Below, one piece after another: positions 55,923-64,000 of a stretch of 64,000 bases of DNA (positions are counted from its first letter, which is position 1; each line of letters begins with the position of its first letter). The notes beneath the pieces are model-generated. The model saw only the letters and a program-made list of their open reading frames with translations. It searched no databases and was not told where the DNA came from. Source of the stretch: Aulosira sp. ZfuVER01. Its GTDB lineage: Bacteria; Cyanobacteriota; Cyanobacteriia; Cyanobacteriales; Nostocaceae. The position numbers were made by a program, and so were the translations under genes. The stretch is taken from assembly GCA_034530615.2 (NCBI GenBank), contig JAVRCV020000032.1, positions 144,488 through 208,487 of the forward strand, written 5' to 3'.

Positions 55923-57206
55923 TTATGCCATGACAGTAGCCAGGGCTTTGTCAATAGCTTGCAAGGCCGTATTGACTTCTGCCTCTGTGACAATTAGTGG
56001 CGGTACAAACCGGACGACTTTTGGCCCGGCAGGTACCAGCAGTACACCTTCTGCGATCGCACTTTTGACAATATCAGCAGCAGTTAGCTGGATATCGGCT
56101 TGCAATTCTAGTCCGTTGATTAAACCCCATCCGCGAACATCGGCAATGTAATTAGGATATTTGGCCGCGATCGCTCTTAATCCATCTCGCAGTTGTTCAC
56201 CTCGCTGTTGCACATTCTGCAAAATATTTTCTTTCTCTAATGTTTGGCAAACAGCCAGCGCTACTCCGCAAACAAAAGGATTACCACCAAAGGTGCTGGC
56301 GTGTTCCCCAGGCTGGAATACATCGCAGAATTTCTTACTCATCATCGCACCGATGGGGATACCGCCACCCAATCCTTTGGCACTGGTGAAGATATCCGGC
56401 TCAACGCCAAGAGTTTCATAACCCCATAACTTACCACTGCGTCCCATGCCAACTTGCACTTCATCGAACATCAGCAAGACGCCAGTTTCATCACAGATTT
56501 GCCGCAGCTTTTGGAAGTAAGCAACATCGCCAGGACGGACACCGCCTTCTCCTTGCAGCGGTTCTATTAAAATTGCGGCGACACGATAATCACCTTCATC
56601 TAGTTCGCTAATCGCTGCTTCCACTGCCCCAATATCGTTGTAAGGTACATAGTGGAAACCAGGAACCAAGGGATCGAAGTATTTTTGATACTTTGGTTGT
56701 CCGGTAGCAGTAATCGTTGCTAAAGTTCGTCCGTGGAAACTAGCATTGGCAGTTAAGATGATTGGTCGTTCAATTTCCAGTACAGTATGGGCATATTTCC
56801 GCGCCAATTTAATTGCCGCTTCGTTAGCCTCAGCACCAGAGTTGCAGAAAAAGACGCGATCGGCACAGGAATGTTGAATAATCCATTTTGCCAATTCACC
56901 TTGTTCGGGAATGTAGTACAAATTAGAGACGTGATGCAGCTTTTGGATTTGGCGCGTGACTGCTTCTACCATCGCTGGGTGGGCATGTCCCAAGGTACAA
57001 GTGGCAATTCCGGCCACAAAGTCCAGATATTCCCGCCCCTGAGTATCCCAAACCCGGCATCCTGTGCCCCGTTCTAGGGCTAGAGGAAACCGGGCATAGG
57101 TAGACATTACCGCTTCATCGAAGCTGTTTGGATCAAAGGGGCTAGATGGTAAAGTATCTGACTGTGGGGGGATGGTGGCTTCTTCAACTAAAGTTTGTAT
57201 GCTCAC
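55923..57206 (-). CDS. argD: Acetylornithine aminotransferase (class III PLP aminotransferase)
   Basis: YLDFVAGIA, FFCNSGAEANEAAIKLAR, FHGRT, EPLQGEGG, DEVQVGMGRSG and TFGGNP motifs; GTG start with AAGGAG site. Confidence 0.92.
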   Translation of the reverse strand: MSIQTLVEEATIPPQSDTLPSSPFDPNSFDEAVMSTYARFPLALERGTGCRVWDTQGREYLDFVAGIATCTLGHAHPAMVEAVTRQIQKLHHVSNLYYIPEQGELAKWIIQHSCADRVFFCNSGAEANEAAIKLARKYAHTVLEIERPIILTANASFHGRTLATITATGQPKYQKYFDPLVPGFHYVPYNDIGAVEAAISELDEGDYRVAAILIEPLQGEGGVRPGDVAYFQKLRQICDETGVLLMFDEVQVGMGRSGKLWGYETLGVEPDIFTSAKGLGGGIPIGAMMSKKFCDVFQPGEHASTFGGNPFVCGVALAVCQTLEKENILQNVQQRGEQLRDGLRAIAAKYPNYIADVRGWGLINGLELQADIQLTAADIVKSAIAEGVLLVPAGPKVVRFVPPLIVTEAEVNTALQAIDKALATVMA

Positions 57207-57426
57207 TACCGCTCCTTCGGAAAATCTTTCGATCGTATAGTTATCTACTAGTGTCCTAGAAATTTCTCCAAAATTGCGACTATTTTCTGCAACTAACATT
57301 TTTTTTAAGACTAAACGTCCTACCAATGTGAAAAAAGAATGCAACAGATGGATTCCCAAAAGCTAGACGCAGAAAGCAATTCCCAATCCAAAATCCAAAA
57401 TCCAAAAGTGGCAGTGGTGAAGAATC

Positions 57427-58491
57427 TTGTATTTCAGGCCTGAGCAAACATACCAACGTATTCAAAAAGAGTTAATGGCTGGGGCGATCGCTCTTGGCTG
57501 TGTGTTCTTGATTGGCACTTTGTGGTATTGCCTGGTGGAGGGCTGGTCATGGGAAGATGCAGCTTACATGACGGTAATTACCCTAGCCACTGTGGGATAT
57601 GGCGAAACACACCCCTTAGGCAATCGAGGCCGATTATTTACCATTGCCTTAATTTTGATGGGTGTAATCAATATCGGTTACATTGTCAATAGATTTACAG
57701 AAGCTGTCATTCAAGGCTACTTTCAAGAAGGCATTCGACTACGGCAACAGAGGCGGTTAATGGAATCCCTATCAGGACATTACATTATTTGTGGATTTAG
57801 TCGGACAGGTCGCCAAATTGCCAAAGAGTTTCGGGCAGAAGGTGTATCTTTTGTCGTGATTGATTCCGAGCCGGAATCTGTGCAAAGAGCGCAAGTAGAA
57901 GGTTATATAGTATACCAAGGAGATGCTACGTTAGATGAATCGCTCTTAAGAGTAGGTATAGAAAGAGCGATTTGTCTGGTAGCGGCACTACCTTCAGATG
58001 CCGAAAATTTATACACAGTTTTATCAGCAAAAACTCTGAATCCAGGAATTCGGGCGATCGCGCGAGCCAGTACAGAAGAAGCGTTACAAAAATTACAACG
58101 CGGTGGTGCAGATGCAGTAATTTCTCCCTATATTACTGGTGGGAAAAGGATGGCAGCAGCAGCCCTCAGACCCCAGGTTTTGGATTTTGTCGATGGTATC
58201 CTCTCAGGTACAGATCGCCAGCTGTATATGGAAGAATTTCTGCTCGAACCAGCTTTTTGTCCGTTTGTGGGACAAACTCTACAAAAAGCCAAACTGCGAT
58301 CGCAAACTGGAGCTTTAGTGTTAGCCATTCGCCGCACCGACGGTAATTTAATTGGTGGCCCAACTGGTGACACTATTTTAATGCCGGGAGATACCCTAAT
58401 CTGCATGGGTACAGCCGAACAATTGCGTAGTCTCAACCAAGTTCTGGGGCCAATTGTTTCCCAAAAATTGCGTAAACCTAAAAATAGCTGA
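57427..58491 (+). CDS. Potassium channel protein with TrkA-N/TrkA-C (RCK) domains
   Basis: Selectivity filter TLATVGYGE; HYIICGFSRTG; GDAT. Confidence 0.92.
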   Translation: MYFRPEQTYQRIQKELMAGAIALGCVFLIGTLWYCLVEGWSWEDAAYMTVITLATVGYGETHPLGNRGRLFTIALILMGVINIGYIVNRFTEAVIQGYFQEGIRLRQQRRLMESLSGHYIICGFSRTGRQIAKEFRAEGVSFVVIDSEPESVQRAQVEGYIVYQGDATLDESLLRVGIERAICLVAALPSDAENLYTVLSAKTLNPGIRAIARASTEEALQKLQRGGADAVISPYITGGKRMAAAALRPQVLDFVDGILSGTDRQLYMEEFLLEPAFCPFVGQTLQKAKLRSQTGALVLAIRRTDGNLIGGPTGDTILMPGDTLICMGTAEQLRSLNQVLGPIVSQKLRKPKNS

Positions 58492-59792
58492 TCGAGATAT
58501 CGGGGAACTCCAAAAAATCAATTATCCCAATTTCTGAACTCAACACGACTTTTTCTTCCCTTCTAGCGTGTACACACAAAGGGTATGTCAAAACGTACTG
58601 CATCTAAATGAGAAACTGTACTGTATATTTTCAATGTAAAAATAAGAAAAAAGGTTTGGCTAGTTACCAGACCTCTATATAAATCCAGTGCATAACAACA
58701 TCCCGGATCAATTTACTCTTTATTTTTTAATGCAGCATCTTCCTATAGGATGTGTTCAAATCCTTTGAAAGCTGATAGTACCTAAATTTATAGGATTGTA
58801 TTTGATTTTTGCGAAGCTAGGTAGAAATCAAAGAATCTTCTTGACAATTGCCTACCTATGGAAGTCACTTCAGGTATCAAATCAGATTGCTATAGTATCA
58901 AAGTTTATCAATTAAATATTTAGGTAGAAACAATCCAAAACAGCTTTCAAGCAAAATAAAAGACGGGTGTTATCCCGCCGAGATAGCTTGAAAGTGGTAA
59001 TACACCTTGGACTCTGGAAAAATTACACAAATAAATTAAATAGGTTGTCAAGATTCTCAAGGATACGAACTAAAAAACGGTTATTTGTGCCGTATTTGAT
59101 GTTGTAACCTGGTTAATCATTACAATTTTTATGAAAATAACATGGCTAAATTTTGACAAGTTGCCAAAATGCCAAATAGTTAAACAGCAAAAAAGACGGA
59201 TTTTATCCCGTCTTCAAGAGAGTAAGTGAAACATCTTGGTAATATCTGCAATATATCAAGTGAATCTGTCTGCTAGTTGCCAAAGTGCCGAATTGTTAAA
59301 AATAGAACAAATATGTTAATTATTTTTCAATTATACGAAGTTATATATGTCATAAAAATTTAACTTTTGCATAATGCGGAATGTCGCAATGACATTGTGT
59401 AATAAATCATGATTAGCTACTTACCATTGCTAAAGAATGAAAGGAGAGGTAAATTATTTATTGCATTAATAACTATAGAGTTAAACAACAAATCAAAGTG
59501 GATGTTCTGAGCGGACTTTATTTTGCTGATTTCATAAGAACGTTATCTAAACCAATTTTCTTGCACTAGCGATCGCCTGTAACAACTCACAAGCTGGTAA
59601 TTACTAGTTAGTTTCAGAGGCTAAATTGAGATTTGAGCTATCAAAACCAGTCTCCAGAAGGATTACCTATCATACTAACTTTTGCAACACAACTGTCATT
59701 AGAGATAGGCTTGCTATATCCTGAGTATAAACATAGACATTAGCTTGTTTAGCAAGCATGAGTCAGTTAACAAATGACTAAATACCTAACAC

Positions 59793-60725
59793 TTGTTTAT
59801 GAATAGTGCGCGTCTTGAACAAACCAGCATCTACTTATCTATTGGTGGTGCTTTATTTCTAGCAATTTTAGGACTCGGCTTCGGATTAGCTGTCCAATCT
59901 GGAGCAGTCTTGCTTGATGCTTTCTTTAATGTGATTAGTTTTATAATGGCATTAACCACGTTGTGGATTTCTCGCTTATTGAAACGACCTGATGGGCGAA
60001 GGTTTCAATTTGGTTATAAGGGCTTTAGTCCTTTACTTAACTTATGCAAATCACTACTGATTGCTGGATTGTCCATGTTTGCCTTTGCTTCTTCAGCAGC
60101 TGCATTGTTTCATGGTGGTAGAAATCTGGATGCAGGAATAGTAGTAATTTATGCAATAATTGCTGCATCTACCTGTCTCGTTGTTTCGATTATACATACT
60201 GTAATTGCCAAAAAAACGGGATCTCCAATAGTACGTGTAGATTCAAAAAATTGGATGATCAACGGGATTATTGGTCTTTCTGTTGGGATTGTATTTAGTG
60301 TTGTCGCGCTAATTAAACGTACCTCTTTTGCGTGGTTTGTGCCTTATGCAGACCCGACAATTGTTATCATATTAGTGTTGCTCACTTTGCCTGTACCCGC
60401 TAAAGTTGTCATAGAAAGTTTGAATCAACTTTTGTTGGGTGCTCCCAAGGAAGCTTTGCAACAACGTATTAATAATTTACTTGATGTTGCAACCACAAAA
60501 TTTCCTTGTGCCAAGCGCTACTTAAGAATGACAGAAGTAGGAGAAGCTTTATATCTGCATCTTTACTGGCTATTACCTAACAATGAAAAATTAACTAGCC
60601 TCGAAGCAGTCGATGCCATGCGACACCAAATCACTGATATTGTGAAACAAGATTTTCCCAATGTCACCCTCGATATTCTTTTTACTCAAGATGAGCAATG
60701 GTTTAATACCATGAATCCTGGGTAA
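59793..60725 (+). CDS. Cation diffusion facilitator family transporter
   Basis: SGAVLLDAF, FQFGY and YADP motifs; six TM helices and a C-terminal domain. Confidence 0.82.
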   Translation: MFMNSARLEQTSIYLSIGGALFLAILGLGFGLAVQSGAVLLDAFFNVISFIMALTTLWISRLLKRPDGRRFQFGYKGFSPLLNLCKSLLIAGLSMFAFASSAAALFHGGRNLDAGIVVIYAIIAASTCLVVSIIHTVIAKKTGSPIVRVDSKNWMINGIIGLSVGIVFSVVALIKRTSFAWFVPYADPTIVIILVLLTLPVPAKVVIESLNQLLLGAPKEALQQRINNLLDVATTKFPCAKRYLRMTEVGEALYLHLYWLLPNNEKLTSLEAVDAMRHQITDIVKQDFPNVTLDILFTQDEQWFNTMNPG

Positions 60726-61087
60726 ATTTTGGAGCAATTTCTATCACAATATTGGTATTGTAAAAATCAGCGATCGCGAATCAATTTTGGATTTTGAATT
60801 TTAGATTGATTCCCAGAATTAATTCGCTAAGGTAACGTCGCAGTTACCTTTTTTTATAGGTAGCAAAAAGCGATTGAAGAAAGGGGACGTGGGGATTGGG
60901 AAGGGATTGTGGGAGAGGGTGGGGAGACATGGGATAAGGGTGATGAAGAACAGAAGAACAAGTTACAAATGATAAATGATAAATAATTTACTAATTCATA
61001 TTACAGTGTTTTACAAACAAGCACTGAAAATTACCCAGTTGATAGGAATATATGTCAAAATTCTGAAATCATTAGACTGCTGTAATT

Positions 61088-62275
61088 ATGAACTTGAGCC
61101 TGTGCATGATTGTCAAAAACGAAGCAGCGACACTGCCTAAATGTCTCAGCAGTGTGAAAAATTTAGTAGATGAAATTGTTATTTTAGATACAGGTTCTAG
61201 CGATCGCACTCCAGAAATAGCTACAGGATATGGTGCAAAAGTACAGCACTTTAAATGGAACAATAACTTCAGTACAGCTCGCAATGAAGCTTTAAAATAT
61301 GTCACAGGTGATTGGATTTTAGTGTTAGATGCAGATGAGACGCTAACACCAGAAATTCTGCCACAGATACGCTCAATCATCCAAAGTAAAGAATATCTCT
61401 TACTCAATCTAGTTCGCCATGAGGTAGGTGCAGAACAATCTCCCTATTCTTTGGTTTCCAGGCTTTTTCGCAATCACCCAGAGATTCGCTTTTCTCGCCC
61501 TTACCATGCTTTAGTCGATGACAGCGTAGCGGCAATTTTAAAGAAAGAACCGCATTGGCAAATTGGCTATTTACAAGAAGTAGCAATTTTGCACAAAGGA
61601 TATCAAAAAAGTGCGATCGCTCAAGGTAATAAATATGCTAAAGCCCAAACTGCAATGGAACAGTTTATTGCCGAGCATCCTTACGATCCTTATGTTTGCA
61701 GTAAGTTAGGCGCTTTATATGTAGAGACTGGAAAAATTAATCAAGGGATAGAACTACTGAAAAGAGGAGTTAGGGCGAGTGAAGAAAACTACGAAATTTT
61801 ATATGAACTCCATTACCATTTAGGCATTGCTTACAGTAGGTTGCAAAATCCCCCACAAGCTAGCGTTCATTATCAAGCTGCAATCAAGTTGCCTATTTAC
61901 CCGATTCTGAAGTTGGGAGCATATAACAATCTCGGTAACTTACTCAAAGCAGCCGGAGACTTGAAAAATGCTAGAAAAGCTTATCAAACAACTTTAAAGA
62001 TTGACCCTAAATTTGCTATCGGTCATTACAATCTGGGAATGACACTGAAAGCTTTAGGCTTATTTACAGATGCGATCGCCTGTTATCAAAAAGCCATCAA
62101 ATTAAACCCCAGCTATGCAGAAGCTTATCAAAATTTGGGCGTAGTGCAGCTAAAAGTAGGCAATCACCAAGCTAGTTTAACAGCATTTAAAAATGCGATC
62201 GCCCTACACCAACAGCAAAACCCCGAAGAAGCAAAAAGACTCCGTCAGGGTTTGCAAGAGATGGGGTTGATGTGA
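61088..62275 (+). CDS. Glycosyltransferase family 2 + TPR repeat protein
   Basis: LSLCMIVKNE, DTGSSD and WILVLDADE motifs; C-terminal TPRs. Confidence 0.92.
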   Translation: MNLSLCMIVKNEAATLPKCLSSVKNLVDEIVILDTGSSDRTPEIATGYGAKVQHFKWNNNFSTARNEALKYVTGDWILVLDADETLTPEILPQIRSIIQSKEYLLLNLVRHEVGAEQSPYSLVSRLFRNHPEIRFSRPYHALVDDSVAAILKKEPHWQIGYLQEVAILHKGYQKSAIAQGNKYAKAQTAMEQFIAEHPYDPYVCSKLGALYVETGKINQGIELLKRGVRASEENYEILYELHYHLGIAYSRLQNPPQASVHYQAAIKLPIYPILKLGAYNNLGNLLKAAGDLKNARKAYQTTLKIDPKFAIGHYNLGMTLKALGLFTDAIACYQKAIKLNPSYAEAYQNLGVVQLKVGNHQASLTAFKNAIALHQQQNPEEAKRLRQGLQEMGLM

Positions 62276-62289
62276 GGAGGGGACAAGAG

Positions 62290-62425
62290 AGTGTGGGGAG
62301 TGTGGGGAGTGTGGGGAGTGTGGGGAGTGTGGGGAGTGTGGGGAGACAGGGGGACAAGGGGGACAGGGGAGAAATAACTAATGACAAATCCCCAATGCCC
62401 AATGCCCCATGCCCCATGCCCAATA
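62290..62425 (+). repeat. Short tandem repeats (AGTGTGGGG x6; CCCAATG/CCCCATG heptamers) between convergent genes
   Basis: Seen directly. Confidence 0.85.
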
Positions 62426-62428
62426 ATA

Positions 62429-63595
62429 CTAAATCCGCGATTTCACAAACTTCTCCAATCTATCCATTCCCTTTTCAATAGTTGCCATATCAGTGGCGTA
62501 GGAAAGGCGAATGTTCTTATCAGCACCAAAGGCAATTCCGGGAATTACAGCTACTTGATGTTCTTCTATGAGAGCATCGCAAAATTCTAAGGATTTTAGA
62601 CCTGTTTTGCTGATGTCGGGGAAAAGATAAAAAGCACCATCTGGTTTAGGACAACTCAATCCGGGAATGGCGTTGAGTCTGTCTAGCATAACCTGTCGCC
62701 GTTTAGCGAAGGCTTGGCGCATTTCTTCTACACAATCTTGGGAACCTTCCAAAGCTGCGATCGCACCATATTGAGCAAAGGTACACACGTTAGATGTACT
62801 ATGCCCTTGAATGGAACTTGCGGCTTTAATTATTTCCACTGGCCCTGCTAAATAACCGAGACGCCACCCTGTCATGGAGTAAGCTTTAGCAAAGCCGTTG
62901 CTAATCAAGGTACGGTCAAAAATTTCCTTTCCAAGGGAACCAATGCTAATATGCTCTGCACCATCATAGAGAATCTTCTCGTAAATTTCGTCAGAGACAA
63001 CTAAGATATCTGCATCAACTACTACCTCCGCCAATGCTTTAATTTCCTCTGGCGTGTACACCATTCCCGTAGGGTTAGATGGTGAATTGAGGACAAATAG
63101 CTTGGTTTTTGGCGTAATTGATTTTCGCAGTTGTTCGGGAGTAATTTTATATCCCGTCGAAGCATCTGTACGTACAATTACTGGGACTCCGCCTACTATA
63201 GTTACCATTTCGGGATAACTCAGCCAGTAGGGAGCCGGGATAATTACTTCATCACCGGGATCGATGAGGGCGACCATCAAATTGTACAGAGAATGTTTGC
63301 CGCCGTTAGTGACGATGACATTTTCTGCCTTATAATCTAGACCATTATCAGCTTTAAGCTTGCGGGCGATCGCTTCCCTTAACTTTGGTTCTCCTGCGGC
63401 TGGGCCATATTTGGTTTTGCCTTCATCCAAAGCTTTTGCTGCTGCTGCTTTGATGTGGGCTGGGGTATCAAAATCTGGTTCTCCAGCGCTAAAACTGCAA
63501 ATGTCCACACCCTCTGCTTTCATTGCCTTAGCTTTAGCTGCGATCGCTAAGGTTAAAGAGGGCGTTACCTGACTTACTCGTGCTGCCAGCTTCAT
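62429..63595 (-). CDS. aspC: Aspartate aminotransferase (class I/II PLP-dependent)
   Basis: [19 protein letters not shown] and [15 protein letters not shown] motifs. Confidence 0.9.
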   Translation of the reverse strand: MKLAARVSQVTPSLTLAIAAKAKAMKAEGVDICSFSAGEPDFDTPAHIKAAAAKALDEGKTKYGPAAGEPKLREAIARKLKADNGLDYKAENVIVTNGGKHSLYNLMVALIDPGDEVIIPAPYWLSYPEMVTIVGGVPVIVRTDASTGYKITPEQLRKSITPKTKLFVLNSPSNPTGMVYTPEEIKALAEVVVDADILVVSDEIYEKILYDGAEHISIGSLGKEIFDRTLISNGFAKAYSMTGWRLGYLAGPVEIIKAASSIQGHSTSNVCTFAQYGAIAALEGSQDCVEEMRQAFAKRRQVMLDRLNAIPGLSCPKPDGAFYLFPDISKTGLKSLEFCDALIEEHQVAVIPGIAFGADKNIRLSYATDMATIEKGMDRLEKFVKSRI

Positions 63596-64000
63596 TCTTA
63601 ATTTATTTGGCGAATCTCTAATCTATTTAACAATATCCCACAATCTTAATCGAGAATTGTCTTTTCAGAATTCCTTAGTCAGTATAGTTAGGGAATTCTG
63701 GTATATCATACTAATTTTGGATTTTAGATTAAAAATCCTGACCATCAGATAAGACTTATACATTGACGGTAAATACTAAATATCAATCGTTTGAAAAATT
63801 ACATCTCTTCTATGGGTTTAGCATTGTTAAACCCTGACAACGCTAGTTTATTTACTATCAAACATTGATTCATCCAAGTCTGAAACAATCTATTTTAGTA
63901 GATAGATTCACCTATTTAGGCTAAATTAGTCCTATATAATTTAACATACAGCCAATTGCAGGTAAATGAGGTACACTAATATTGAGAGAATGAACGGGTA

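Noticed and set aside
57207..57359. N-terminal extension of argD in the ORF track
   Set aside because: A GTG at 57206 with an AAGGAG site gives a normal-length protein; the extension crosses the divergent promoter region
62187..62590. ORFs with SVG/PTL repeats
   Set aside because: Translations of intergenic short tandem repeats

Overview
A heterocyst-forming cyanobacterial (Nostocales-like) chromosome segment, judged from abundant HIP1 GCGATCGC sites, short tandem heptamer/nonamer repeats, ycf34, ycf51 and an AphC-like photoreceptor. In order, it holds: (1) a two-partner secretion / CHAT protease / DUF928 / CHASE2 cluster (1-11.1 kb); (2) housekeeping and envelope genes plus a bilin-binding GAF histidine kinase; (3) a MoxR-DUF58-RDD-SpoIIM cluster interrupted by a DUF1778-GNAT toxin-antitoxin pair; (4) a minus-strand array of 30 tRNA genes covering all 20 amino acids (34.4-37.1 kb), preceded by an HNH nuclease gene; (5) a TetR-EmrAB efflux operon, a tRNA nucleotidyltransferase, ycf34 and tsaB; (6) a double-glycine peptide (bacteriocin-like) export cluster with its own two-component genes; (7) argD, a K+ channel, a CDF transporter, a GT2-TPR protein and an aspartate aminotransferase. 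The most unusual signals are in and around the tRNA array: a circularly permuted, anticodon-less, Ser-type tRNA-like RNA (36524-36665), a second structured spacer RNA, shared ATACTACA operator boxes in the array and HNH promoters, an rrn-type boxA, and a leader-ORF/terminator/antiterminator attenuator ahead of the HNH gene. All calls are by eye; no database search or folding program was run.
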